From: Octopus sinensis
Lineage: Eukaryota
Reading direction: 5' to 3'
DNA: 64,000 bases
Assembly: GCF_006345805.1 (NCBI RefSeq)
Contig: NC_042997.1
Location: 178,064,001-178,128,000, forward strand
Numbering within the stretch: position 1 is the first letter of the stretch; every line of letters begins with the position of its first letter. Under the pieces are notes generated by a model. That model ran no database searches, was not told the DNA's origin, and was given only the letters and a program-made list of their open reading frames with translations. The position numbers and the translations under genes were made by a program. Positions 49,371 to 62,640 of the stretch are shown one piece after another.

Positions 49371-50381
49371 GTGAGTTATACATAATTCATTTAGTCGCTT
49401 AGTATGCACATAAAATTAATGAAAATTGTATACTTAATTCAAGAGTGGAAATGCTGATGCTTCTTTAAGGAAATGTTAACATGCTTGCAGTTTTGATATT
49501 TTATTATATTTACAAGGTCGCTTTTCATCACTATGCTGCCAGTAAAAATTTTTGTCATTGACAGACTTGCACTTAAAATTCTCATGTTTTTAACCCTTTA
49601 GTGTTCAGATTCTTTTCTTCTCTAGACACAAGGCCTGAAATGTTGGGTAAGGGGACAGTCGATTTGATTGACCTCAGTATGCAACTGGTACTTAATTTAT
49701 TGACCCCGAAATGGTGAAAGGCAAAGTCGACCTCAGTGGAATTTGAACTCAGAACGTAAAGACAGACAAAATATCGCTAAGCATTTCATCCGGCATGCTG
49801 ACGTTTCTGCCAGCTTGCCGCCTTTAATGTTCAGATTACTCTGTTAAATGTAATAATTTTTCACTCAAATTGTTTTTAATTGATCATGCATTATCTTACA
49901 GCTTTGAGGTTTCAATGATTGTTTATTTGAATATAAGACATGTAGAATATTTAGGCCGGATATGGCCAGTTTAAACACTAAAGGGTTAATAAAAATTTGT
50001 TAGTTGCTTGGTGACAACACTACCTATCTATCTTTCACACACACACACACACGCACACACACACACACAAACTCTCTCTCTCTCACTGCATTTCTCTTTC
50101 AACAACAGCTTTTTCTTCTCTCCTCCTTCCCTCTTTCTACATATATGTTGTGACAGACAGACAAATGGAGATCAGCTTGACTTTTATATAACATAAAATC
50201 AGCTGGTCAAGAGGAAGGTGCTAAGCACATGGCCTTTGTAGACCCTTCCAGTGCAGTGAAATGCAAATGAATGATTTTTGTAATTTTGAAGTACTTCAAT
50301 TACAAACTATGAAAATGAAAAATGCTGGCACATTTGTGCATGTGTTAGCATGCATAATCATATTTTTTAATTGTATTACAG

Positions 50382-50488
50382 CAGTGATTCATAACTTGAT
50401 TGGTAGGACACTGTTAGGGAATTGTGAATCTCAAGAGAGTGGATGGCAAATGTCTATTGATAATACTTTCATCTGCTCTCATCAACAG
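50382..50488 (+). CDS. Candidate internal exon (x-VIHNLIGRTLLGNCESQESGWQMSIDNTFICSHQQ)
   Basis: Acceptor tattttttaattgtattacag|, donor CAG|gtatag, 35 open codons in unique sequence; no homolog recognised. Confidence 0.35.
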
Positions 50489-51575
50489 GTATAGATTACT
50501 GTTCACACATACACGCACACACATATATTTGTATATAGGCACAAGTGTGGCTGTGTGGCAAAAAGTTTGCTTCCCAAACACATAGTTTGGGGTTTAGTCT
50601 TTCTGTGTGGCACCTTGGGCATGTATCTCCTGCAATAGACTCGGGGCTATAATAGAAGTCAAGGTGCACTGCAGTGGGACTGAACCCAGAACCATGTGAT
50701 TGGAAAGAAAACTTCTTACCATGCAGTCATATCTTCGCCTATAATACTCTTTACTCTCTCTTTTACTTGTTTCAGTCATTTGACTGTGGCCATGCTGGAG
50801 CACCACCTTTAGTCGAGCAAATCGACCCCAGGACTTATTCTTTGTAAGCCTAGTACTTATTCTATCGTTTTTTTTTTTGCTGAACCACTAGGTTACAGGG
50901 ATGTAAACACACCAGCATCGGTTGTCAAGCAATGTTGGGGAGACAAACACAGACACACAAACACACACACATATATATATACATATACATATATACGACA
51001 GGCTTCTTTCAGTTTCCGTCTACCAAATCCACTCACAAGGCTTTGGTCGACCCGAGGCTATAGTAGAAGACACTTGCCCAAAGTGCCATGATGCAGTGGG
51101 ACTGAACCCGGAACCATGTGGTTGGTAAGCAAGCTACTTATCACACAGCCACTCAGGGGAAATGTCATAACTTATATTTAAAATTTCAGTATGTATTTTT
51201 TACATTTTAAAAACATAATTCCATTATTTTTGTTGTACACCAAGTAACATCTCATGGCACATGAGAATGTTGCAGCATATTGTTTGAAAACCTCTGTATG
51301 GGGGTTTAAGGGAAATTTGCTTGCTACTTTTAGCAATTCAAATGACCACATATATGTTCCCTTATTAGCAGATTGAGTGTCCTGTTGCTTATGTTGGCAA
51401 CAAAGACTCTCTTTCTCTCGCTGTCTCCGTCTCTCATCACTCCCACATTCTCTCTCTTTCTTCTGTCTGTGAAGAAGATAAACTGCATGTTTAAGAAATG
51501 CGGATACTGAATAAGTAATGAGACATGGACACTGAAGATGGAAGAATTATGGAGAATGGAGAGAAATAAGATCTG

Positions 51576-51608
<33 letters not shown>

Positions 51609-51889
51609 GATCTGTTGAGTGTGTAACATCAATATGTATATGAGAAACAGAGAGCAAACAAGCTAAGACTGCAGTAGAGTATTAAAGGTATCATCCAAAG
51701 ATAACAGAACAATAAACTGTACTGGCTTGGTCATGTTTTATAATTAGAGAATGAGTAGGACATGAGAAGAAGTGGCTGATGTCCAGTCTTCATATGCTCA
51801 GCTTCAAAAGTGAGGGTACAAAAGATCAAGATGTACAACAGAATTAAGCATTTTCTCGTGTCTGGAGACACAGATGTTAGAACATTTGT

Positions 51890-52070
51890 TAATGATAATG
51901 ATAATGATGCTGATGCTGATGATGTTGATGCTGATGATGATGATGCTGATGATGATGATGATGGTGATATGATGATGGTGATGATGATGATGATGGTGGT
52001 GATGGTGGCGGTGGTGATGATGATGATGGTGATGATGATGGTAATGATGATGATGGTGGTGGTGGTGATA
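51890..52070. repeat. Compound (GAT/GGT)n tract
   Basis: Direct reading. Confidence 0.95.
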
Positions 52071-52284
52071 ATTTTTACCTTTACAATTTTATCTCTTCAA
52101 GATAATTTGTTAGACCCTTTAGGCTGACATGATAAGAAAATCTATTAGTACACAAGAACCAGCCATCATTCTTGAGCAAGAATGGTTTGGAAACAAGTAC
52201 CACGTTTTTGCTGATTGTTTTAGATGTCTATGTAGATATGGGAAGATGCAGACACCCTCTTGGCTCACTCATTAATGTTCTTTT

Positions 52285-52838
52285 AACTCTAGGCACAAGG
52301 CCTGAAATTTTGGGGGAGGGGGCCATTCGATTAAATCAACCTCAGTATGCAACTGGTACTTAATTTATTGACCCCGAAAGGATGAAAGGCAAAGTCGACT
52401 TTGGCAGAATTTGAACTTGGAGCATGAGGACAGATGAAATACCTATTTCTTTACAACCCACAAGGGGCTAAACACAGAGGGGACAAACGAGGACAGACAA
52501 ACGGATTAAGTCGATTATATCGACCCCAGTGCATAACTGGTACTTATCTAATCGACCCCGAAACGATGAAAGGCAAAGTGGACCTCAGCAGAATTTGAAA
52601 TACCTATTTCTTTACTACCCACAAGGGACTAAACACAGAGAGGACAAACAAGGACAGATAAACGGATTAAGTCAATTACATCGACCCCAGTGTGTAACTG
52701 GTACTTATTTAATCGACCCCGAAAGGATGAAAGGCAAAGTCGACCTCGGCGGAATTTGAACTCAGAACATAGCAGCAGACGAAACACCGCTAAGCATTTC
52801 ACCCACCATGCTAATGTTTCTGCCAGCTTGCCACCTTG
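52285..52838 (-). mobile_element. SINE-C head-to-tail trimer
   Basis: Three tandem units joined at gaaatacctatttctttac junctions (about 52436 and 52597); dimers at 46455-46860 and 54905-55325. Confidence 0.8.
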
Positions 52839-55432
52839 GCTCCCTCATTAATGTAAAAACATTAATGATGATGTTGATGATGATGATGAAATAGCAAAAC
52901 CTGAGAAAAACTTACAATTTGCCTTTTGCTCAATTCACATATTTGAAGAAGTAGAGAGTGTTACATATTCTTGCTTTTCCCTGTCAACCAATGTCAGACA
53001 TCAAGCTTGTATAGGAAAAGATTATTCAAATGAGCAAAGAAGATTAAACACTGAAGCTTTATGATAGTTAAAAAGGTTTTATGGTATTTTAATTCATTAA
53101 TTCATTCCTCTGTTTTCATTTCATTCTGTACCAAAGATGTCATTGCCATTCTACCCGAGATCTTTAAAATAGGTATCAATATTAATATTGAGACAAGGTG
53201 CCAAGCAGGCAGAATTGTTAGCATGCCAGACAAAATGCATTGTGGCATTTTGTACTTCTTTACATTCTGAGTTCAAATTCCACCAAGTTCAACTTTGCCT
53301 TTCATCCTTCCGGGGTTGGTAAAATAAGTACCAGCTGAGTACTGGGGTTGATTTAATGGACTTAGTCCCTTCCCCTAAATTGCTGGCCTTGTGTCAAAAT
53401 TTGAATCCTCCTCCTCCTCATCATCATCATCACCATCACCATCACCATCACCATCATCATCATCATCATTATCGTTATTATTATTATTATTATTTATGTG
53501 ACACAGCAGGGTTTCTGGGATGAAGGCTGTGAGTTGGCAGAATTGTTATCACACTAGAAAAATTACTTACCAGCATTTCTTCTGACTTACACTCTGAGTT
53601 CAAATACCGCCAGGGCTGATTTTGCCTTTCATTCTTCCAGGGTCGATAAAATAAGTGCCAATTTAGCACTGGGATTGATGTACTTGACTTGCTTCCTTTC
53701 CCAAAATTTCATGCCTTGTGCCTATAGTCAGGGCTGGATTAAGACCCATTGAGGCCCTAAGTACTTAAAAGATTATGTAGTTCAAAATATAAACAATAAC
53801 AAACCATAAAATAAATTTTTATTTTTCAAAATGAAACAAAACTGTCAGAGGGAAAATAATGTTCATTTTTGTATACTTCCACTTTACTTATATTTGAAAA
53901 ATTTCCTCCAATATTTTTTCAGTTGCAAAGTCTTTGATCTGATCCTCAAAATTAATCTTAGATAAAACACCTGCATCTATACTTAGTAGAGATAAAGGCA
54001 TCCTGAATATTATTTTAGCAAGTTTAACCCTTTCGTTACTGTATTTATTTTGAGAAGCTCTGTGTTCATTCAATTATTTTAAATACAACAAAGAATTTAG
54101 TAAACTATTGAGTCAAGTACATCAACATCAAAATCAAATGGAAATTGTAGTTGTGATACCTGTGCTGGTGGCACGTAAAAAGCACCATCCAAATGTGGCT
54201 GATGCCAGCGCCGCCTTGACTGGCTTCCGTGCCGGTGGCACGTAAAAAGCACCAACCGATCGTGGCTGCTGCCAGCCTCCCCTGGCACCTGTACCAGTGG
54301 CACGTGAAAAGCACCCACTACACTCATGAATGGTTGGCGTTAGGAAGGGCATCCAGCTGTAGAAACACTGCCAGATCAGACTGGAGTCTGGTGCAGCCTC
54401 CTGGCTTCCCAGACCCCGGTTGAACCATCCAACCCATGCTAGCATGGAAAACGGACGTTAAACGATGATGATGATGATGATGAAGATGATCATGTTTAAG
54501 ATTTTTTCAACACATATGAAACAGATCCTACAATGACAACCATGTTATAATCTCAATAAAAAGAAGGATGAAAGTAGAGGCCTGTAGTCACAAAACTCCC
54601 TAGAGTCATATAAACAAGAAAATGAATTGTGCAGTGCTTATGTCTGCAGCAAGGGATGGGATGTTGTATTGAAATACACCCGTACACTTATGTCAGCATA
54701 TTAAAACAGGCATAAAATGATGATGATAATAATGACGACAACAGTGACAATGATAACAACAATGCTGTTGAAGATTTAGCTCTCTATAACTGTGCCATGT
54801 CCATTCTGCAGTAAAAACCATTTATGATTTGGTACATCAATGTGAACCCTTAGCATTTTTAAGGATTGTTGTAGTTGGGCAGGCTCTAGTTGACTGAGTG
54901 AACCAAGGCGGCGAGCTGGCAGAAACGTTAGCATGCCGAGCGAAATGCTTAGCGGTATTTTGTCTGCCGTTACATTCTGAGTTCAAATTCTGCTGAGGTC
55001 GACTTTGCTTTTCAACCTTTCGGGGATTGATTAAATATGTACCAGTTACACACTGGGGTTGATATAATCGACTTAATCTGTCTGTCTGTCCTTGTTTGTC
55101 TCCTCTGTGTTTAGCCCCGTGTGGTTAGTAAAGAAATAGGTATTTCGTCTGACATTATGTTCTGAGTTCAAATTCCACCGAGGTTGACTTTGCCTTTCAT
55201 CCTTTCAGGGTCGATAAATTAAGTACCAGTTGCATACTGGGGTTGATGTAATCGACTTAATTTCTTTGTCTGTCTTGTTTGTCCCCTCTATGTTTAGCCC
55301 CCTGTGGGCAGTAAAGAAATAAGAACACATGATAAATACTTTATTTAATCAACTCCAGTGTAAAGAAAAGCAAAATGGATGGACCCACAGAATTTAAACA
55401 CTGAATGTAGCAGTAGAAACCACAATACTACA

Positions 55433-56087
55433 TGTGATGGGGTGCTGTAAAGTTCCTCGTTTTGGGTAAAAAAAAATACAGGAGGATCAGTTTATTATGA
55501 ATTTATTCAACACATAGTGGCACAAGCAGTCAGTGCCATATTGGATGAGATCTCGCAGCAGCCATTGCCATCTTCAAGACCTCACCGGCATCCATTTGCC
55601 ATGCACGAGATCACAATGAGGCTTGCGATGGAAAAAACTATATAAAGGAAAAACCCGATTCAAATCTCTCTTTTTTGGCACCACTTTGTGAACACCACCA
55701 CTGGCTAGACCTGTCTCCAGAGGCAATGCGCCCACACTAACGGAGCTACTACACAATGCACACAGCTAAAACTGGTAGCTGAGAGCAGCACACTTCACCT
55801 ATCCTGTGAATCCTGTAAATAAACCAGTTGTAAATAGCATTTGTACTTGAAGTCTTCTCTCTTTGCCTGCTGAAAGCCTGAACAAAATATGATTGAAAAA
55901 AAATATTCTTCCAATATCGTAAACCTTGCCTTCCATTACAAAAACCATATTCCCCTCTCAGATTCATACATGTATTGCAGCAGTCCTTCAGTTTTTCTAA
56001 GCCCTGTAAAAGAACTTGGAAAGCTGGGCCTTCAACCAGGCCTTTTGTGATACCCTTAAAACCAGGAGCTTTTCAGCAACTCCTTGA
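55433..56087. mobile_element. Mariner-type MITE carrying about 430 bp of non-transposase internal sequence
   Basis: TIRs ggtgctgtaaagttcctcgtttt / aaaaccaggagcttttcagcaact; internal block 55517-55945 bounded by CATA...CATA. Confidence 0.6.
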
Positions 56088-56579
56088 AGAGTCTTTTATC
56101 CTTTTTTCCACCCTTACAGTGACAACAATTAGAACCAAACATTATTTGAGATTAATAGTTCTTTATAATTTCGACAAAAAAACAGCAATTATGAGGAGAA
56201 GGAAGTTGATTACATCAATCCAGTACTCATTGGTACTTCTTTTATCAACCCTGAAAGGATGAAAGGCAAAGGTGACTTTGGTAGCATTTGAAATCAGAGC
56301 ATAAAGATCTGGAAGAAATGTCACTAAGGGTGTTGTCCAGTGCAGTTATGATTCTGCCAACTTGCCACCTTACTTTTGATTAATAATAATATTAATAATA
56401 TTTAACATCATTGGTTAAAGTAATAACCAATTGTGTTGTGGAAATTTAATCAACTATACAAAATGTGGTCTGGGACCTATTAAAAAATTGCTATTGATAC
56501 ACAACCATTTTGTGCATGGTAGGAATAAAATATAATTAACCCTTTGGTATTCAGTTTACTCTGTCAAATGTATTACTTG

Positions 56580-57340
56580 CGAGGGGGTATCCAAAAATAA
56601 CTGGAAGTGTTCTCTGTGGGACAAATCCATTGTAGTTCAGCTTCTCCCCTGTTGGCTGATTTTTACAATGGCTAAAACAAAAGAACAGTGTGAAATTCTG
56701 TTTTCTGCTGGGAGAAATGGTAGCTTAAGCAGTTGTCGTGCTTCAAACAGCTTACAAGGATGCTGCTATGAGCAAAACACAAGTTTACAAGTGGTTTCCA
56801 TGAGGAATGGTCAGTTGTCACTTGAAGACCAACCCTGTTCAGGATAACTTTCAACCTTCTGAATGAATGAAAACATTATGAAATTTCATGAACTGATCTC
56901 GGAGGATCGTCACCAAACAATTGATGAAGTTGTCGATATAACTGGTGTGTCCTGGAGTTCTTGCCAATGAATTTTGATAGGAATTGAATGAAGAGAGTTA
57001 CTGCAAAATTTGTGCCTCACTTGCTCATGGAAGATCAAAAGCAGTCATGACTGAATGTGTGCTGTGAACTGAAAGAACAGACCTTTTCCAGATCTTTCTT
57101 TGAAGGTCACCACTGGTGACAAAAGCTGGTGCTATGGAATTTGAAAAAAAAACAATGGAGACGTTAAAAGGCATCACTTCGTAAGAGTTCCAGCAACACT
57201 TCAAATAATGGAAAACATGCCTGGACTGACACATTGCTTCAAATGGAGAATATCTTGAAGGCGAATAAAGTGTAAACATGTAGAACTAAGTGAATAAAAT
57301 GGTATTGCAAAATTCCGGTTTCTTTTGGGCACCCACCTCA
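56580..57340 (+). mobile_element. Mariner element (internally deleted) with both TIRs, nested in a P2 MITE
   Basis: TIRs cgagggggtatccaaaaataactggaa / ttccggtttcttttgggcacccacctca|TA; LEDQPCSG, AKFVPHLL, TGDKSWCYG, ...EYLEGE*. Confidence 0.88.
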
Positions 57341-57404
57341 TATTTATTCACATTCTTTTGAATTAACTATCTCGTAGCTTCAAGATTTCAATGGTGGGAA
57401 ATGT

Positions 57405-58050
57405 ACAGAAAACAGATTTTGCCAAATGCCAGGGGGGATACTTAGAAGTAGTTGATAGCTTCCATTATCTGGGTGACCAAGTCAGAAGTGGGGGTGAATG
57501 CTCTGAGAGTATAGCTGCTAAAATAAGAATAGGCTGGGCAAAGCTCAAAGAGTTTTTGCCTTTGTTGGTAACAAAAGGTCTCTCCCTCAGAGTGAATGGC
57601 AGATTGTATGATGCCTGTGTGAGAACAGTCATGCTACATGACAGTAAAACATGCATTGTGACTGCAGAGGACATGTATAGGCTTGAAAGAAATGAGGCTA
57701 GTATGCTTCACTGGATGTGCCATGTCAGTGTGTATGTACAACCGAGTGTAAGTGTCTTGTGAGAGAGAGAGAGAAAGAGAGATTGGGCATAAGAGGCATC
57801 AGATGTGGTGTGCAAGAGAGATGACTGCACAGGTATGACCATGTGATGCATTTGGACAAGGACAGCTGTGTAAAGAAATGCTGATCTCTAAGTGTGGAGG
57901 GAACTTGTGGAAGAGGTAGACCCAAGAAGACATAGGATGAGGTGGTGAAGCATGATCTTTGAATGTTGGGTCTCATGGAAGCAATGACAAGTGATTGAAA
58001 CCTTTGGTGATTTGCTGTGTTTGAGAAAACTCAAGCCAAGTGAAATCATA
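57405..58050 (+). mobile_element. RTE LINE 3' part (decayed)
   Basis: LEVVDSFHYLGDQVRSGGECSESIAAKIRIGWAKLKEFLPLL...GRLYDACVRTVMLH...RGRPKKT. Confidence 0.9.
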
Positions 58051-60751
58051 GTTGTGGCAGATACTGTGTCTTCTTCTTCCAATCAGGACTCACGCCATTA
58101 GCTACTAAGAATAATCTCTAATTTGAGCCTTCACTAAGCTACTAAGAATGCATGTGGCAACTTGAAGATAAATCCACCACATGCAATAGACTGGCGGTTG
58201 CACGGGCATGAAAGCTACGTTGTTATCCTCATTCTGTAAAAGGTGGCTTTTAACAGGTGGAGAGCTGAACCATCCTGGGGTACAGAGGTTTGCAATCTAG
58301 ACTAGGGTCTGAAAGCTTACCACACCATGGTTCCTCTGCTTTGTGGTAGAAGTAGGAAGAAAGAGTGAGAGAAAGTTGTGGTGAAAGAGTACAGTGGCGG
58401 TCCCCCCCTCCCCCGCCAGGGCCTTGTGGAGCTTAGGTGTTTTTGCTCAATAAACACTCACAATGCCAGGTCTGGGAATAGAAACCGTGCTCTTATGACT
58501 GTGAGTCCATTGCCCTAACCACTGGGCCATTGTGCCTCCACAGTGCTGGTGATATGTAAAAGGCACCTGTGCCAGTGAAACATAAAAGGCACTTGTACCG
58601 GTGACATGTAGAGGCACCCACTACACTTTTGGAGTGGTTGGTGTTAGGAAGGGCATCCAGCCATAGAAACCAAGGCAAAGCAGACTGGAACATGGTGCAG
58701 CTCTTTGCCTTACCAGTTCTAGTCAAACTGTAACTAATGCCAGCATGGAAAATGGATGCTAAATTATGATAATTATGATGATTAATTAGTTTTACAATGA
58801 CATTGTAGAGAAGGTGTGAGAGGCCAGATGTGGCCAGTTTGACTATAAAACAAGTAGAATATAAGGCTGGTTTTAAATGCTAAAAGATTAATTAAATCAA
58901 CTCAAGTACTTGACTGCGCTGAGAAGTACTTTATTTTTTTTCAATCCTGGAAGGATGAAAAGCAATGTTGATCTAGGTAGGATTTGAACTCAGAGCATAA
59001 AGAGCTGAAACTTAATATCACAAGGCATTTTATCCACCATTCTACCAATAACAATTCTTCCAAACCATTGATCTCATAAAGGAATCAATATGGATCTGAT
59101 CTTCATATAATAGTAATTCTTAACAGACACAAGGCCAGATATTTGGGGGGTTAAAAAGAACATTCAATTATATTGACCCTCATACTTTATTTTGTCAACC
59201 TTGGGAAGATGAAAGGCAAACTTGACCTCTACAGTATTTGACCTAAGAAAGTAAAGAGCCAGAACTAAATGTTACAAGGCATTTATTATCAGCTGCTCTA
59301 ATGATTCTCCAAATTCATTGCCCTGCAAAAGAAATCAATATTAATCTACATACAACTAATAAGACTGTGAATCTTTCCTTTTATCAGCTTCAGTAGTTTC
59401 CTGGAGATCACAAAGATTTTAATAACTTCCGACAGCTTCATTCCCTCCTGTTGTGCCTAACTACACAGATGCTACCATTTGAAGTTCAGAGTATTTAAAA
59501 CTCCACATCAAAGCATGAGAAGCTACTGTATCCCCCCTTATCATCATTTTGTTTTCCATAAAGTCAACCTGCCGAACCAGTTTCAGTTTTCTATAAGCAA
59601 AATTGATTTCTATTTGAATGGTACAAAGAATACACTGGTTATCTTGTATTTTAACTGCTGGAATTGAAAAATAACGATAGTAAACCTTCCTCCTTTACCC
59701 TCCTACTTCTTTCAGTATATGTATTATCGAATATTATCGAGAGGGAGATAGAGAGAAAGAAGATAAGCAATGTAATTCAGGTCTTATTACTAATTAGTAA
59801 TGTTTTTAAAAGAATTGCCTTTTTATATATATTAATGGTGTTCATCAATAGCGCAAATCTTGTTGATCAAGCCTTTCCATTCATTCAGAGGTGTATTTAG
59901 TTCACTGATACGGGCTTTTTTTTAATTGTTACAGCTCAAACACAAGCTGGGAATCAGCTTCAGGGTAGTCGTTCGACTTGCAAGAAATAACAGCCAAAGC
60001 ACCTCCAAGTCACTCTTGGCCGTCTTAAAATAAATGCATACATTGGATGATTGTAGTCCAGGGTAGATTATGCAAATAAACAAATAGTGAAAAAAACAAA
60101 AGGAAAGAAATATGGGATGGTGGAGGAAAGAACGTTTCTGGTTATAGGTTTCATCTATTAAAACCGTTCTGGGATAAAGCAACAACTAGATAACATGACA
60201 GAAAGAGAAAGAAATATCTTTATTCGGAAGAAAAAACAAAACAATTAGAGAAAAAAGCCCCCCAAAACAAGCAAAATTGCCTCTATTAATTTAGCCTGGA
60301 AGATGAAAGGGTAAATAACTGGTGGTGGCCGTTCCATAGAATGTCTTCAGCTACGGTTGAGGTACAAAGGAAGTCTGGGAAATTATTTTGATTTCCGATG
60401 TCTATTTTTTTAAAAATCTTTCTTATTTTTCGGGAATGAGAAAATATATCCTTTCAAAGAGTTTCTCTAGAATAAAAAAATTAGACATAATTTCGACACA
60501 TGAAGATTTACAGAAACAAATGTCTAATTATAAATTTTAATTAGTGGAATCTTTTCAGATTAATTTCGTTATTACTACTATTATTTTTTTTTTTACCTTT
60601 TTAGAAATAAGCATTGGGCTTGAGAGTCACAGCAAATTTAGTTTCACTTTCTGTATTCGGGATTACAATTTCGCCGGTTCTACTTGCTCGTTTTCTTCAA
60701 ATAATTAAGTACTCTACGAAGATCGATTACTTATACATCTCATTTCACCCC

Positions 60752-60760
60752 TGCGCATGC
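60752..60760. promoter_or_regulatory. Partial NRF1-like motif TGCGCATGC in a second CpG-retaining zone
   Basis: Lies in CG-retaining unique DNA at about 60.3-62.7 kb; direction of any transcript unresolved. Confidence 0.25.
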
Positions 60761-61194
60761 AAATTTATGAACTTGTGAATAAAATGAATTAAATATTACA
60801 AATTAAGTAAAACAGAACAAATTTGACTTCTTCCCCATTGTTAATTAAGATCTACTATTTTATATACTTTATATACTTTATAATTTCAATTCATGAATAT
60901 ATAACCATTAGAATAAAATAAGTATTTCACCTGCGATGATTAGAATAGATTCCTTGACATTTTTGCGATTAAATTATATCAATCAACGATTGATCAATCT
61001 CGATGACTTTAGGGTAGGAAATAAGCGCAAATGAAAATGTATTGAAATAAACCAGTTCAAGGGTAATAGAGATGAATTCCTAACAAATTTGCATTTGCGG
61101 TCAATGTAGCTATTTCGCTCCATGGACATTGCCAATATCTGTGCATAATGACCCCACATTTATGCACACACACACAACTACCCCTCAGTAAAAC

Positions 61195-61411
61195 CCATCG
61201 CCTTGACCTGCTAAAAACAGCATATAAAATTCTCTTGAATCCTATCCGACAGTGGTCTCTAAAAAAAACGGGAAGACATATCGAATAATGTAGTCCCAGT
61301 AAGATAGTGTTTGAAAAAGAAATAGAAAAAAATTGAAAGACGAGATGGTCATTGCGGGAACGCCTTTGATCATAACTATCCTCGATTAGGACTAACCTGG
61401 AGCTAAACAAC
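61195..61411 (+). mobile_element. SINE family F fragment, AAC-type tail
   Basis: ...gcctttgatcataactatcctcgattaggactaacctggagctaaacaac; related diverged copies at about 59895-60187 and (reverse) 18965-19050. Confidence 0.55.
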
Positions 61412-61728
61412 GAAAGTCATGTTAATGCCGACACAGATACTCGGTAAACAGAGCAAAAGGAAATCAATAAAATTGACATAAAGATATCTGCTTACATGTT
61501 TCCAGAAATAATTAATAGGTATTTAAAATACACAATGTATCAAATTAAACAAATGAACTCATTGCAATCCCTAAATATACTGCTAGCTGGAAATACATTA
61601 ATATTTTTCATTAAGCCTAATAGACTTTGGTGATAGTAAGAGCAGGGAAATATAACGAATTATATCCAACACCCACGAGACAAGACGGCGTGTATACATA
61701 CATATTATACATACATACATACATACAG

Positions 61729-61794
<66 letters not shown>

Positions 61795-61875
61795 AGCATT
61801 TTGTTGTTTAATATAACAAAATATTCTTTCTTTACTCAATATGTAAAAAAATGTCTATTTCAATGAAGAATGTGC

Positions 61876-61906
<31 letters not shown>

Positions 61907-61960
61907 TGTGTGTATGTATGTATGTGTGTGTTTATGTGTGCATTAATCGTTAATCGTTTT

Positions 61961-62006
<46 letters not shown>

Positions 62007-62564
62007 AAATAAATTACGGGACTCAATAGAAACTAGAAATATAAAGTATTTTTAATACAACATAACTGAAAGGCTCCTAGTTCCAGTACTCTGAATTAAA
62101 ATGTTTCCGATCATCAGCTGATAATCAGAGTCTGCCTTTCTTTTGAAATATTAACTGTTTGAATTTTTTTCATTTGAAATACGTATATATATAAACATAT
62201 TCGTCAAAATTTTTTCGTTCAGCATTGAATTAAAGTAGAAAATATTATGTAGTAATTTCAAACAGCATTCGAAGTCTATTTCTTTCATAATATATACAAA
62301 GAAGCACCGGCTGGCTTCGGCTGCTGAATATTAAGAAGCAGTCAAGAGAGAAGTGGGTATATATATATAAATAGTATACATAGCAGTTCAGTTCCTGATT
62401 TGAATTTACACGCTTCTCTTTTGTTTTTAACTATGTACAGAGACCGTATTACTTCCAAAGCATAATTAATCTTTCAACTATCATTACAAAACAAAGAAAC
62501 GATAAAAAACACGTGGAGATTTTGCAAGGAATATGATAGTAAAATATCACATTCTTAATATCTT

Positions 62565-62635
62565 GCGCCGTTGGTGTAGGGGTATCATGCAAGATTCCCA
62601 TTCTTGCGACCCGGGTTCGAGTCCCGGACGGCGCA
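62565..62635 (+). tRNA. tRNA-Gly-CCC: tRNA-Gly, anticodon CCC, intronless
   Basis: 71-nt cloverleaf. Acceptor stem GCGCCGT/ACGGCGC plus discriminator A; anticodon stem CAAGA/TCTTG with loop TTCCCAT (CCC at 62597-62599); T-arm CCGGG-TTCGAGT-CCCGG; A-box TGGTGTAGGGG and B-box GGTTCGAGTCC. Confidence 0.96.
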
Positions 62636-62640
62636 TATTC

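Noticed and set aside
52285-52838. Repeat-spacer-like periodicity suggesting a CRISPR array
   Set aside because: Units are tandem SINE segments with no unique spacers; eukaryotic context and no cas genes.
61170-61215. Minus-strand QVKAMGFTE, resembling a UBA-domain MGF motif after a strong acceptor
   Set aside because: Overlaps the SINE-F body and hits a stop right after; a chance match.
61396-61402. 6-nt microexon-like CTCCAG on the minus strand with good splice signals
   Set aside because: Lies inside the SINE-F tail that recurs elsewhere in the window.
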